A stretch of 64,000 bases of DNA from Legionellales bacterium (GCA_002721165.1 PBJS01000025.1:3934-67933); one strand, 5' to 3'; positions 1 to 9,909 are shown, numbered from the stretch's first letter. The notes: generated by a model not told the origin, from the sequence alone. Program-made: numbers and translations.

Positions 1-395
1 AATATTTTAATTTGAATTGGCTTGATGCCAATTTAAAAAAATTAAATAAAAAATTATCAAGTGAAGATATTCAAGCGACTTTATTAAAACTAACTGCTAT
101 CACAATAACTGATGATATTATGAAATATGCATACAAGTTTAGTGAAGTAATTATTTGCGGTGGCGGTACAAAAAACACTATGTTAATAAAAATAATTAAA
201 CAAATACTAACGAATTTCAAAGTTACAACTACTTCAGATTATGGGCTATCTCCGGATTGTATTGAAGCTGTAACTTTTGCATGGCTTGCAAAAAAACGTT
301 TAGAAAATCAACCATCAAATATTCCGACAGTTACTGGTGCAACCGAAAGAGTAGTACTTGGTGGAATATATTCACCAATAAAGAAAAATTCCTAG
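1..395 (+). CDS. anmK: Anhydro-N-acetylmuramic acid kinase, C-terminal fragment; the 5' end lies upstream of the window
   Basis: ORF open to the left edge. The C-terminal sequence (ICGGGTKN ... TVTGATERVVLGGIYSP) is typical of AnmK/ASKHA-fold kinases. erpA lies immediately downstream, as in Pseudomonas. Confidence 0.65.
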   Translation, partial: YFNLNWLDANLKKLNKKLSSEDIQATLLKLTAITITDDIMKYAYKFSEVIICGGGTKNTMLIKIIKQILTNFKVTTTSDYGLSPDCIEAVTFAWLAKKRLENQPSNIPTVTGATERVVLGGIYSPIKKNS

Positions 396-401
396 AATTA
401 T

Positions 402-758
402 TTATACCGAGAACGAAGAACCGCAACCACAGGTAGTTGTCGCATTGGGGTTGCGTATAACAAATTGTGCGCCTTCCATACCCTCCGAATAATCTATTTC
501 GGCACCTGATAGATACTGAAAGCTCATTGGATCAACTAGTAATTTAACACCCTCATTTTCAATAATGGTGTCACCTTCTCCAATTTCTTCATCAAAAGTA
601 AATCCATACTGAAATCCAGAACACCCGCCGCCGGAAATAAAAACCCGCAACATTAGCGCATCATTACCCTCATCCTCAATAAGCTCCTTCACTTTACTAG
701 CTGCTGCTAAACTAAAGTTTAATGGAGGTGTTGTCTGTTCTGCTAAATTCATAAACAA
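402..758 (-). CDS. erpA: Iron-sulfur cluster insertion protein ErpA (A-type carrier)
   Basis: 118 aa, near-collinear with E. coli ErpA. Conserved Cys in [11 protein letters not shown] and the C-terminal CGCGSSF motif. Confidence 0.9.
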   Translation of the reverse strand: MFMNLAEQTTPPLNFSLAAASKVKELIEDEGNDALMLRVFISGGGCSGFQYGFTFDEEIGEGDTIIENEGVKLLVDPMSFQYLSGAEIDYSEGMEGAQFVIRNPNATTTCGCGSSFSV

Positions 759-770
759 ATTACCAATTAT

Positions 771-1196
771 TTATTCGCTAACTTCATTGTAATTTAATTC
801 CAAACCAACTTCCTCATCTGGTTTAGCTGGGGTATGGACAAGCTTACCATTTACTTCTGCTCCAACTGCTAGTTCTACCAAATTATAATAAACATTGCCC
901 TTTATTTTCGCATTAGATAGCAATTCTACATGTCTACTTGCGTGTACATCGCCATTTACTACGCCATTAATCACAACATATGGCGAACTTACTTCTCCTT
1001 CGATTTCACCATACTCACTCTGTGACAAAAGTGAACTACCGTCATTTTCTCCGATAACTTTACCTTTTATTTTTCCGTCAATATGGACACCACCTGAAAA
1101 TTTAATTTCACCTTGAATTTCCGTATTCTGCCCAATCAAACTATCGATTCGTGTAGTCTTTTTGTTTTTAAATTTTTTTAATAGTTTATCTAACAT
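771..1196 (-). CDS. Bactofilin (polymer-forming cytoskeletal protein, CcmA/DUF583 family)
   Basis: 141 aa of repeated beta-helical G/V/I-rich motifs (I.G.I.G.V.G), with charged N- and C-terminal tails. Confidence 0.7.
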   Translation of the reverse strand: MLDKLLKKFKNKKTTRIDSLIGQNTEIQGEIKFSGGVHIDGKIKGKVIGENDGSSLLSQSEYGEIEGEVSSPYVVINGVVNGDVHASRHVELLSNAKIKGNVYYNLVELAVGAEVNGKLVHTPAKPDEEVGLELNYNEVSE

Positions 1197-1229
1197 TAGA
1201 TTAATCCTGTCATTTAATATTTTACTTAA

Positions 1230-1943
1230 TTAAGCCTCTCCAATTTGCCATTCAAAAACTCTATTAAGTCTTAATTTTTCTCCGTCGTGTTGCTTTAGAT
1301 TCACCATCACTCTTAAAGGTTCAAAATCATCGGGTACATTTATACTACCCTCAATACGTCCAAAACTCTTTATTTTTATCTTATTATTATATTCCTCTCC
1401 AGCGCCGATCTCATTTAAGTTCAGAGCTCGAAAACCGGATTTATCATTACCCTCAACCGTCATATCAACAGAAACTTCAGTCACTTTATCACTTTTCCCT
1501 ATATTGGTTAACACTAATTTATACTTATAGAGTCCTTTTTTACGAGTAGTTTCTATATGTAAGCCCTGAATATTAAGACCCCTAGAGTATGAGCTTGCCG
1601 TTATTATCCCCTGATAAAATGTCAACTCCCTTCTTAAATTAAAAACTTGGTCTTGGAGTAATTTAATTTCATTTTGTAGTCTGATGGACGTTGCGTTATC
1701 AACATTAGCCAAACGTTCTAGTTTTAAGATTTTTTCACTTAAACTTTTATTTTGATTTTTTAAATCTAAATTTGCACTCCAAAGCTGGTTTATATCATGC
1801 GTTTGGGACAGTTGTACTCTAATAGTATTCAAACGTGGATTGTCGTATAGATACCAAACAACAACAAAAATAGCTAAACCAAAAAAAATAAGATAATGCG
1901 TTGGTTTAAAACGTGGATTCTTTTTTACAATGTGCTTTAGCAT
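1230..1943 (-). CDS. Hypothetical membrane-anchored coiled-coil protein (possible bactofilin partner; may belong to a DUF family such as DUF6776)
   Basis: 237 aa. One N-terminal TM helix (LIFFGLAIFVVVWYLY), a central heptad/coiled-coil stretch, and a C-terminal beta-rich domain. Sits between argC and bactofilin. Confidence 0.4.
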   Translation of the reverse strand: MLKHIVKKNPRFKPTHYLIFFGLAIFVVVWYLYDNPRLNTIRVQLSQTHDINQLWSANLDLKNQNKSLSEKILKLERLANVDNATSIRLQNEIKLLQDQVFNLRRELTFYQGIITASSYSRGLNIQGLHIETTRKKGLYKYKLVLTNIGKSDKVTEVSVDMTVEGNDKSGFRALNLNEIGAGEEYNNKIKIKSFGRIEGSINVPDDFEPLRVMVNLKQHDGEKLRLNRVFEWQIGEA

Positions 1944-1963
1944 AATCCTATTGATATACAGAT

Positions 1964-3013
1964 CTAAATATCTGGCTGAACATGTGTTAATCCTTTATCT
2001 TCATCAAAACCAAACATTATGTTCATATTTTGTATCGCTTGACCCGCCGCACCTTTAATTAAATTATCAATAACAGTTAAAATTATTAGTTGTTGTGGCT
2101 TCGCATTATTAAAACGAAGGGCAATGTTACACATATTCGTCATTCTTACAGCTTTTGTTTCCGGGTATGAGTTTTCAGATAAAACATCAACAAATTTTTC
2201 TTCTGAATAAAAACTAGTGTAGTGATCCCGTATTTCATCTTTGCTAACTACTGTCTTCGTATATATGGTTGCATGAATACCCCTATGCATTGGTGCCAGG
2301 TGAGGAGTGAAAGTAAGATCAACTTCACCAGATGGATTAGCATCATTCAAAATTTGGGTAATTTCAGGCAGGTGTCTGTGATCAAACACTCCATAGGCTT
2401 TAAACGACTCAGTAAAATCGGAAAACTTTTCTGAAAGTACTGCTTTTCGACCGGCGCCGCTCACACCCGATATTGCATTTGCGATAATACCTTCCGTTTC
2501 GATTAATCCATTCTTAATGGCAGGCAATAAACCAAGTGCAATGGCAGTTGGATAACATCCTGGATTTGCAATAAGCCTGGCTTCGATTATTCGTTCCCGA
2601 TTGATTTCCGGTAATCCAAATATTGCGTCTTTTAGTAACTCCGGACAAACGTGTTTCTCCTTATACCAATTTTGCCAAATGTCGGAAGATTGAATTCTGA
2701 AATCTGCCGATAGATCAATAATACGACAACCTTGTTCAAGTAACGTGGGTACATAATGCATGGCAGTCGCATTGGGCGTGGCAAAAAAGACAAGATCGCA
2801 TGTATGTAGGTCATCACTATCATGATCGACAAAACGAAGATCGTAATGTTTCAATGACGGAAAAACATCTGTGAGGTATTCACCTTTTCTTGAATTTGAA
2901 GTGACAATAGTAACTTCAACATCATCATGAAGCGATAGCAGACGAAGTAATTCAGCCCCTGTATAACCGGTAGCTCCAACAATACCTATACGAATCATTT
3001 TTAATCCAACCAA
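1964..3013 (-). CDS. argC: N-acetyl-gamma-glutamyl-phosphate reductase
   Basis: N-terminal Rossmann motif IGIVGATGYTGAELLRLL; overall ArgC length and motifs. The start could instead be the internal ATG at 2998 (MIRIGIVG...). Confidence 0.9.
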   Translation of the reverse strand: MVGLKMIRIGIVGATGYTGAELLRLLSLHDDVEVTIVTSNSRKGEYLTDVFPSLKHYDLRFVDHDSDDLHTCDLVFFATPNATAMHYVPTLLEQGCRIIDLSADFRIQSSDIWQNWYKEKHVCPELLKDAIFGLPEINRERIIEARLIANPGCYPTAIALGLLPAIKNGLIETEGIIANAISGVSGAGRKAVLSEKFSDFTESFKAYGVFDHRHLPEITQILNDANPSGEVDLTFTPHLAPMHRGIHATIYTKTVVSKDEIRDHYTSFYSEEKFVDVLSENSYPETKAVRMTNMCNIALRFNNAKPQQLIILTVIDNLIKGAAGQAIQNMNIMFGFDEDKGLTHVQPDI

Positions 3014-3072
3014 TCCTTTAACATCAAAATTTATCTAAATTATAATTTAATAATACTTAGTGATGGGCAAAT

Positions 3073-3095
3073 AAAAAAGCGGCCGAAGCCGCTTT
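3073..3095 (-). terminator. Orphan Rho-independent terminator on the minus strand (GCGGC-UUCG-GCCGC followed by U6)
   Basis: Minus strand reads aaagcggcTTCGgccgcTTTTTT: a 5-8 bp GC stem, a UUCG tetraloop and a six-T run. No annotated minus-strand gene lies upstream of it. Confidence 0.55.
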
Positions 3096-3384
3096 GAATT
3101 CAAATTTTTATAATTATTATTTTTACGAATTTGCTGTATAAACAACAGATTCGACATTGAGATTAAAGCTAGTTGGTATATGTGTCAAGAAATCTATTAT
3201 TATATTTTTATGACTAAAAATAATAAGGTTTAAACAAAATTACAATTTAAGTTACTGTTTTTAAACATAAAATAGTTTTTAACACAAAATATTTTTAATG
3301 AGATAGCATGATGAAACGTACTAATTTCCAGCATAATTCGGAATAAGGTTACATAATGACTACTAAATATAGGGGTTTAGGGGC

Positions 3385-3873
3385 TTGGTGAAAAAAATAC
3401 TAAAAATATCTATTTGTCTAATTATTGTATCGAGTCTGATGCTTTACTTCATTCCTAGTAAGGCCCCGGGTATTTATCTAAGTTTTATTGATGGGCAAAC
3501 TGTAAACGTACGTTCATACCAAGGAAAACCATTGCTAGTTACATTTTGGTCAATAACATGTTCATTATGTTTGGAAGAAATCCCCAAACTTACCGAGCTC
3601 TACAGTGAGCTAAACCCATATGGTTTCGAGATTATTGGTATAGCAATGTCTTATGACCCACCAAATAGAGTGGTAGAATTATCTAAAAAAAGAAAGATTC
3701 CATATTCGATTGCGCTCGATATTAATTCTGATGCTGAAATGGCATTTGGTAGAATAAGGGCCACGCCAACTAATTTCTTGATAGATGCAGATGGAAAAAT
3801 TGTTCAGCGAAACATTGGTACATTAAATATAAAACAATTGCGCTCTAAAATAAAAAAATTACTTCAAACTTAA
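3385..3873 (+). CDS. TlpA/ResA-like thiol:disulfide oxidoreductase (redoxin family), membrane anchored
   Basis: N-terminal TM segment. Thioredoxin-fold CxxC motif (WSITCSLC). Likely GTG start at 3385. Confidence 0.65.
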   Translation: MVKKILKISICLIIVSSLMLYFIPSKAPGIYLSFIDGQTVNVRSYQGKPLLVTFWSITCSLCLEEIPKLTELYSELNPYGFEIIGIAMSYDPPNRVVELSKKRKIPYSIALDINSDAEMAFGRIRATPTNFLIDADGKIVQRNIGTLNIKQLRSKIKKLLQT

Positions 3874-3891
3874 ATAAATATTAATCTTATA

Positions 3892-4317
3892 ATGTTGTGG
3901 TTTAAAGCTTTACACCTTATTTTCATGGTAACTTGGTTTGCCGGTCTATTTTATTTGCCTCGTCTTTTTGTCTACCACGCAATGAGTAATGACAAAATAA
4001 GCACTGATCGATTCAAAGTCATGGAAAAAAAATTATTTTATGGAATAACAACTCCTGGGGGAATATTTACTATTATTTTTGGCTATTGCTTATTAATAGC
4101 TAACGGAATTGACAGTTATAATAATCAATTATGGTTTTGGCTAAAAATGGTCCTGATACTCATTTTAGTTTTATATCATATTTACTGTTTTTTCTTATTA
4201 CAAGATTTCAAATATGATAAAAATAAACATACTCATATTTGGTATCGATGGTTTAATGAAATACCTGTTCTAATACTAGTGGGTATTATTCTTCTCGCGG
4301 TAATCAAGCCCTTCTAA
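3892..4317 (+). CDS. hemJ: Protoporphyrinogen IX oxidase HemJ (CopD-like, TIGR00701 family)
   Basis: 141 aa, 4 TM helices. The HemJ hallmark N-terminus MLWFKALHLIFMVTWFAGLFYLPRLFVYHA is present. Confidence 0.8.
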   Translation: MLWFKALHLIFMVTWFAGLFYLPRLFVYHAMSNDKISTDRFKVMEKKLFYGITTPGGIFTIIFGYCLLIANGIDSYNNQLWFWLKMVLILILVLYHIYCFFLLQDFKYDKNKHTHIWYRWFNEIPVLILVGIILLAVIKPF

Positions 4318-4332
4318 ACTACATAAAATTTT

Positions 4333-5124
4333 ATGGTGGCCAATAAAAAACCAATTGTACTAGTTATTGCAGGTCATGATCCGTCAGGGGGTGCTGGAAT
4401 TCAAGCTGATATTGAAAGTATAGTAAATACTGGATGTCATGCGGTAACAGTAATTACATCATTAACAGCACAAAATACTAGTGAAGTTACAAATATTTCT
4501 TACCAAGATCCTATTTTTTTTAAAGAACAAATTAAACTAATACTTAATGATTTCAATGTTTCTACATGTAAAATCGGAATGATTGGTAATGTTGATCTCG
4601 TTAATATAATACATAAAGAATTATCAGATATTAAAATCCCTATCATCTTAGATCCGATTATAGATTCTGGAACTGGTAAAAATCTTTCGCCTAAAAAAAC
4701 ATATGAAAGTATCTTAAGTTTGCTATTACCATTAACAACAATAATTACGCCAAATAGTATAGAAGCAAAAATACTTGCTGAGACTGAAGATTTAAAAAAT
4801 GCTGGCAGTAAATTACTAAGTCGCGGAAGGGGAAGCGTTTTAATAACTGGATCACATGAAGAATCAAGTGATGTTATAAATACGCTCTATAAAAGAGATG
4901 CCCCGCCAATAGAGTACACATGGAAAAGATTGCCTGGTTCCTTTCATGGCTCGGGTTGTACATTATCATCAAGAATTGCTGCAAATTTAGCTCTTGGAAA
5001 TAATCTGGATAATGCTGTAGAAGAGGCCCAAAAATATACATGGCACACTCTAAAAAATGGTTCAAAGCTTGGAAAAGGTCAGATTCATCCAAACCGTTTT
5101 TTTAATAAAAACGACAATATTTAA
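4333..5124 (+). CDS. thiD: Hydroxymethylpyrimidine/phosphomethylpyrimidine kinase
   Basis: N-terminal VLVIAGHDPSGGAGIQADI; C-terminal GSGCTLSSRIAANLALG motif of ThiD/PdxK ribokinase-family kinases. Confidence 0.9.
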   Translation: MVANKKPIVLVIAGHDPSGGAGIQADIESIVNTGCHAVTVITSLTAQNTSEVTNISYQDPIFFKEQIKLILNDFNVSTCKIGMIGNVDLVNIIHKELSDIKIPIILDPIIDSGTGKNLSPKKTYESILSLLLPLTTIITPNSIEAKILAETEDLKNAGSKLLSRGRGSVLITGSHEESSDVINTLYKRDAPPIEYTWKRLPGSFHGSGCTLSSRIAANLALGNNLDNAVEEAQKYTWHTLKNGSKLGKGQIHPNRFFNKNDNI

Positions 5125-5155
5125 TGAAATCTTTAATGGTTATCTTTTACAAGTT

Positions 5156-5791
5156 ATGAACATGCCAAAATCAGGGGGAATTTATGTAATTAGCGATTAC
5201 AGAAATCGTAAGACTGATGAATTTTTAGAAATAACAGAAAAGATACTTAATGCTGGCATATCACTTTTTCAGTTTCGCGATAAAAACTCAAAATATGCAA
5301 CAAAAAGAATGTTAGCAAAAAAATTACAGGCACTTTGTAAAAAATATAAAACTCCATTTATTATCAATGATGATGTAGAACTAGCAAAGGAAATCTCCGC
5401 TGACGGAGTTCATCTAGGTAAATATGATATGAAAATTAAAGAAGCTAAAGAAATTCTCGGTAAAAAAATAATTGGGGCTTCATGTTACAACAATCTTGAA
5501 TTTGCAATATCCGCAGAAAAATCAGGGGCTAGCTATATTGCATTTGGATCGTTTTTTAATTCTCAGACGAAACCACACACTAATAGTGTCGGGGTTGAAT
5601 TGCTTATTAAATCAAAATTAAAACTAAAAATACCAATAGTTGCAATTGGTGGAATAACACCAGAAAATGGTAAGCAGCTTATTAAAAATAATGCTGATTT
5701 TTTAGCCGTTATAAGTGGAATTTATGGATCATCGAATGTAGAAAATAATGTTTTAGCATATAAAAAATTGTTTTGCCCATCATTAAAATGA
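5156..5791 (+). CDS. thiE: Thiamine-phosphate synthase
   Basis: TMP-TENI family motifs (GADGVHLG, VAIGGI). Start set at the internal ATG 5156 because the long ORF from 5057 would overlap the end of thiD. Confidence 0.85.
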   Translation: MNMPKSGGIYVISDYRNRKTDEFLEITEKILNAGISLFQFRDKNSKYATKRMLAKKLQALCKKYKTPFIINDDVELAKEISADGVHLGKYDMKIKEAKEILGKKIIGASCYNNLEFAISAEKSGASYIAFGSFFNSQTKPHTNSVGVELLIKSKLKLKIPIVAIGGITPENGKQLIKNNADFLAVISGIYGSSNVENNVLAYKKLFCPSLK

Positions 5792-7065
5792 CAAAAAAAT
5801 TATTCAATGAAGCTAAAAGGTATATTCCAGGTGGAGTTAACTCACCGGTTCGTGCTTTCAAAGCTGTATCAGGTACACCGCTTTTTATAGACAGGGCTTC
5901 GGGTTCTTATTTGTATGACACTGAAAATAAAAAATATATAGACTACGTTGGATCTTGGGGGCCAATGGTAGTAGGACATTGCCATCCCGAAGTAATTAAA
6001 GCAGTACATGATTCAGTCGATAACGGCTTAAGTTTTGGCGCACCAACTGAGATTGAGACTCAGATGGCTAATAAGATTTGTGAGCTCATGCCATCAATTG
6101 AAAAAATTCGTATGGTGAATTCAGGAACAGAGGCAGCCATGAGCGCTATTAGACTGGCAAGAGGTTACACCAAAAGAGATATGATTATTAAATTTGAAGG
6201 TTGTTATCATGGTCATACTGATTCATTACTCGTTAAAGCTGGATCAGGAGCTCTAACATTCGGTGTACCAAGCTCACCCGGAGTCCCTGAAGATCTTGCC
6301 AAACAAACAGTAACGCTTACCTATAATGATATTGATCAACTCAAAGATACATTTAAAAGTATTGGCGAAAAAATTGCAGCGGTTATTATTGAACCCATAG
6401 CAGGAAATATGAGTTTAGTACCCGCAAATAAAAAATTCTTAGAAATACTTAGAAAGCTCTGTAGTGAAAATGAGACTATATTAATTTTTGATGAAGTAAT
6501 GACAGGGTTTCGAGTTGCATTGGGTGGTGCTCAATCAATATATAATATTACCCCCGATTTAACTATACTCGGTAAAATTATTGGGGGCGGGATGCCTGTT
6601 GGGGCCTTTGGCGGAAAAGAAAATATTATGAGTCATATTTCCCCAGATGGACCTATATACCAAGCCGGTACACTGTCTGGAAATCCGATTGCCATGAGTG
6701 CGGGACTCGCTACTTTAGATCTAATTTCAACAAAAGGATTCCATAAATCTCTTAAACAAAAAACAGAAATGATAGTTAATGGAATCAGTGAATCTGCTGA
6801 AAAAATGAATGTATCATTAACAATAAATTATGTTTGCGGTATGTTTGGGCTATTTTTCAGTGAAGAAACAATCATCGACTCTTTTGAAAAAGTTATTGCT
6901 TGTAATAAGGATTATTACAATATTTTTTTCCACGGTATGTTAGAGGAAGGAATATATTTAGCGCCATCCCCCTTTGAAGCTGGCTTTGTCTCATCTTCAC
7001 ACTCTGATGATGATATAAGTTCAACAATAAATGCAACTAAAAAGATTTTTAAAAAAATTGATTAG
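5788..7065 (+). CDS. hemL: Glutamate-1-semialdehyde 2,1-aminomutase
   Basis: N-terminus [12 protein letters not shown] with a PLP-aminotransferase class III fold. Makes an ATGA overlap with the thiE stop. Confidence 0.9.
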   Translation: MTKKLFNEAKRYIPGGVNSPVRAFKAVSGTPLFIDRASGSYLYDTENKKYIDYVGSWGPMVVGHCHPEVIKAVHDSVDNGLSFGAPTEIETQMANKICELMPSIEKIRMVNSGTEAAMSAIRLARGYTKRDMIIKFEGCYHGHTDSLLVKAGSGALTFGVPSSPGVPEDLAKQTVTLTYNDIDQLKDTFKSIGEKIAAVIIEPIAGNMSLVPANKKFLEILRKLCSENETILIFDEVMTGFRVALGGAQSIYNITPDLTILGKIIGGGMPVGAFGGKENIMSHISPDGPIYQAGTLSGNPIAMSAGLATLDLISTKGFHKSLKQKTEMIVNGISESAEKMNVSLTINYVCGMFGLFFSEETIIDSFEKVIACNKDYYNIFFHGMLEEGIYLAPSPFEAGFVSSSHSDDDISSTINATKKIFKKID

Positions 7066-7120
7066 AAATATGTCAATATAAATTCGAGTCAAGAAGATCA
7101 AATATTGAAAAAAATTACTA

Positions 7121-7606
7121 TTAACTGATATTTATTTTCTTTTCTGAAACTATTATGCCATCGGTGTCAGCATAAATATATTCGCCAACATTGAATGTAA
7201 TACCCGCAAAAGAAATAGGAATATCCCTGTTCCCTAATCCCTGTTTTTGACTTTTCCTTGGGTTAGTATTTAATGCTTTAATGCCAATATTAATCGTTGA
7301 AAGAATATTGGCATCACGGACACAACCAAAGACTATTATTCCAGACCAACCATTTTCCATACCTAACTTTGCGAGCATATCACCAACCATTGCACAACGC
7401 AGAGACTCTTCTCCATCAACAATAAGCACACGACCATCACCTGGTTCTTCCAAAGCTTTTCTTACTAAACTATTATCTTCGAACGCTTTTATTGTAGATA
7501 TTGCGCCATGAAATATTTTTTTTCCGCCATAATCCTTAAAAATAGGTAAAGCAACCTTAAGGTCTTCGCCGTACTCGTCATATAGATCTGCTGTTTTAAA
7601 AATCAT
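7121..7606 (-). CDS. rraA: RraA-family protein (RNase E inhibitor RraA / 4-hydroxy-4-methyl-2-oxoglutarate aldolase-like)
   Basis: 161 aa. RraA/MenG fold motifs (GDGRVLVVDG, MVGDMLA). Confidence 0.75.
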   Translation of the reverse strand: MIFKTADLYDEYGEDLKVALPIFKDYGGKKIFHGAISTIKAFEDNSLVRKALEEPGDGRVLIVDGEESLRCAMVGDMLAKLGMENGWSGIIVFGCVRDANILSTINIGIKALNTNPRKSQKQGLGNRDIPISFAGITFNVGEYIYADTDGIIVSEKKINIS

Positions 7607-7624
7607 CTTAAAACCTTTCTTTAT

Positions 7625-8413
7625 TCATCGCTCATAAAATTCAGGACGCCTATCAGAAAACAAATTATTGTTTTTAGTTATAAATTTATCGTGACTCTCA
7701 GTTGGATTAATATCAGTAATGTAACAAGCTTCTCTTTGTGATGCAGCCCTAAAAATAATTTCTCCCTTTGGTGAAACGATCTGGCTTTTTCCGGTGAAAC
7801 GCAAAATACCGTTAGGCCTATTATCCGCTCCAAAACGATTTGCTGTGATAGCAAATACCTTATTCTCAAGGCATCGAGTTAACATTGTTTTCTGACAAAA
7901 ATTAAGCACTAAATTTGAAGGATGGCAAATAATCTCCGCCTTGTTCATTGCAAGTGTTCGCGTCACTTCTGGGAATGCCCAGTCGAAGCAGATCATCATG
8001 CCCAACTTCACGCCATTTACTTCATTGACCTCCAAAGGTATATCGCCGGGGCTCATACAAAATTTTTCTTCGTTGAATAAATGTAATTTTCTATAAATGT
8101 GAATAATGCCTTGAGGACCAACTAGTGCCGAACTATTAAAACATTTGTCTTTATCTTTTTCTGCAAAGCCAATGACTATATGCATGTTATTTTTATGACA
8201 TAAATTTACAATACTATCTATATGTATCGAATGGTTTGGATCTTCTGCTAATGAAAGTGCCTCCTTAGCATCTTTAAAATAATATCCAGACAACGCTAAC
8301 TCTGGCAATACGATTAAATCTGCATCAACCATATCAAGAGCATTGACTATCTTTTTTACATTCGCAGCTACTTTTCCGAACTTTGGGCGAAATTGATAAA
8401 AGCCAACTTTCAT
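7625..8413 (-). CDS. Carbon-nitrogen hydrolase family protein (nitrilase superfamily amidase)
   Basis: E-K-C catalytic triad contexts are present: LPELALSGY, YRKLHLF, MMICFDWAFPE. Confidence 0.75.
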   Translation of the reverse strand: MKVGFYQFRPKFGKVAANVKKIVNALDMVDADLIVLPELALSGYYFKDAKEALSLAEDPNHSIHIDSIVNLCHKNNMHIVIGFAEKDKDKCFNSSALVGPQGIIHIYRKLHLFNEEKFCMSPGDIPLEVNEVNGVKLGMMICFDWAFPEVTRTLAMNKAEIICHPSNLVLNFCQKTMLTRCLENKVFAITANRFGADNRPNGILRFTGKSQIVSPKGEIIFRAASQREACYITDINPTESHDKFITKNNNLFSDRRPEFYER

Positions 8414-8425
8414 TTCTATTAAATA

Positions 8426-9787
8426 TTACTTTTTCTTTGGTCTTTCCCAGGATGGGATCGATTTTTGTTCAGTCCTGCTAATCGCCAAACTGTTGCTATC
8501 TACGTCTTTTGTTATTGTCGTACCTGCGGCTATTGTTGAGCCATCTTTAATTTTTACTGGTGCAATTAATTGGACGTCAGAACCTACAAAAACATTGTCG
8601 CCAATTGTTGTTTTATTTTTCTTAGCACCATCATAATTACAGGTAATCACTCCAGCACCTATATTTGTATCACAACCAATCTCAGCATCGCCAATATAAC
8701 TCAAATGATTTGCTTTAGTTTTTTTACCAAGCAAACTTTTTTTAATTTCAACAAAATTTCCCACATGAACCTGATCATCTAGCACAGAATCAGGGCGAAT
8801 ACGTGCAAATGGGCCAATATGACAATCATTACCAATAACCGAATTTTCAATTACAGAATTTGCAAAAATTTTTACGTTATTGCCAATAACTGCATCTTTG
8901 ATTACGCAATTTGGGGCAATACTAATGTTATTTCCTAATTTTAATTTACCTTCCATCACAACATTTACATCAATTTCATTATCGTGCCCAATTTCCAACT
9001 CTCCTCGTAAATCAAACCTTGAAGGATCAGCAATACCAACACCCTCATCCATTAAACGGTGTGCTTGCACTATTTGATAATAACGTTCTGCCTCAGAAAG
9101 CTGTGAGCGTGTATTAATTCCCTGAACCTCTATCATTGATTCCGCTAAAACTGGGAAAACCTTAACATTATCATTTACTGCCATCTCAACAATATTAGTT
9201 AAATAATATTCATTCTGCTTATTTTTATTATTGAGAGAATTTACCCAATGATTCAAAATTTCTGCTCTAACAACCAAAAATCCAGCATTAACTTCGCAGA
9301 TTTTTTGTTGTTCTTCTGTTGCATCCTTTTCTTCGATAATGGCAATAATGTCATCATTGCTATCGCGTATTATTCGTCCATACCCATAAGGTTCGTCGAA
9401 ATACGCTGTCAAAAGGGAAAACCCAGTATCGGCTGCGGCCTCAACTAATTTTATAAGTGATGTTTCGCTAATTAATGGAACATCCCCGTAAAGTACTAAA
9501 ATATCATCAGACTTTGGTATATTAGGCAGAACTTGTTGCACTGCGTGTCCTGTCCCTAGCTGTTCTTCTTGCTCAACCCAAGAAATTTGAGAATCTTTTA
9601 ATGTATTTTGAACTTCCTCTCCGCCAAAGCCATAAACAATATAAATCTCCCGATGCTCTATTTTCATTGCCGCTTCATAAACATGTGTAAGCAATGGCTT
9701 GCCTGCCAAAAGATTTAAGACCTTTGGTCTACTAGAGTGCATTCGCTTTCCTTGGCCAGCGGCTAAAATAATAATGCTGAGACTCAA
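8426..9787 (-). CDS. glmU: Bifunctional UDP-N-acetylglucosamine pyrophosphorylase / glucosamine-1-phosphate N-acetyltransferase
   Basis: N-terminal LAAGQGKRM nucleotidyltransferase motif and a C-terminal left-handed beta-helix of hexapeptide repeats. Lies downstream of atpC, as in Pseudomonas. Confidence 0.95.
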   Translation of the reverse strand: MSLSIIILAAGQGKRMHSSRPKVLNLLAGKPLLTHVYEAAMKIEHREIYIVYGFGGEEVQNTLKDSQISWVEQEEQLGTGHAVQQVLPNIPKSDDILVLYGDVPLISETSLIKLVEAAADTGFSLLTAYFDEPYGYGRIIRDSNDDIIAIIEEKDATEEQQKICEVNAGFLVVRAEILNHWVNSLNNKNKQNEYYLTNIVEMAVNDNVKVFPVLAESMIEVQGINTRSQLSEAERYYQIVQAHRLMDEGVGIADPSRFDLRGELEIGHDNEIDVNVVMEGKLKLGNNISIAPNCVIKDAVIGNNVKIFANSVIENSVIGNDCHIGPFARIRPDSVLDDQVHVGNFVEIKKSLLGKKTKANHLSYIGDAEIGCDTNIGAGVITCNYDGAKKNKTTIGDNVFVGSDVQLIAPVKIKDGSTIAAGTTITKDVDSNSLAISRTEQKSIPSWERPKKK

Positions 9788-9909
9788 TTTAAAAAATACC
9801 TCTCTGTGATTAGTTTAAAAATTTTTACAGGATTATATCTGCGCTAGTAGCAGAGATATATGATTGATTTCGTATGAAAGATATATAAAGCTATTGGAAA
9901 TTCGTCTAA

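Noticed and set aside
3308-3346. Tiny plus-strand ORF (MMKRTNFQHNSE, 11 codons), and a 34-codon minus-strand ORF in the argC–redoxin gap, as possible mini-proteins
   Set aside because: Low complexity, no RBS and no recognisable family. The gap is better explained by a non-coding transcript (see the orphan terminator finding).
5057-5155. 5' extension of the thiE ORF (long ORF starting at 5057), and a similar extension of the dehydrogenase ORF at 22648
   Set aside because: The extensions overlap the 3' ends of thiD and the M20 gene in another frame, and lack homology. Internal ATGs at 5156 and 22786 with good spacing or RBS restore canonical N-termini.
9788-9909. Imperfect inverted repeat (tatatctgcgc ... 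gcagagatata) between atpC and glmU, as a possible atp-operon terminator
   Set aside because: The stem has mismatches and is not followed by a U-run on the transcribed strand. It is more likely a weak attenuator or the glmU promoter region, and is not convincing as a terminator.
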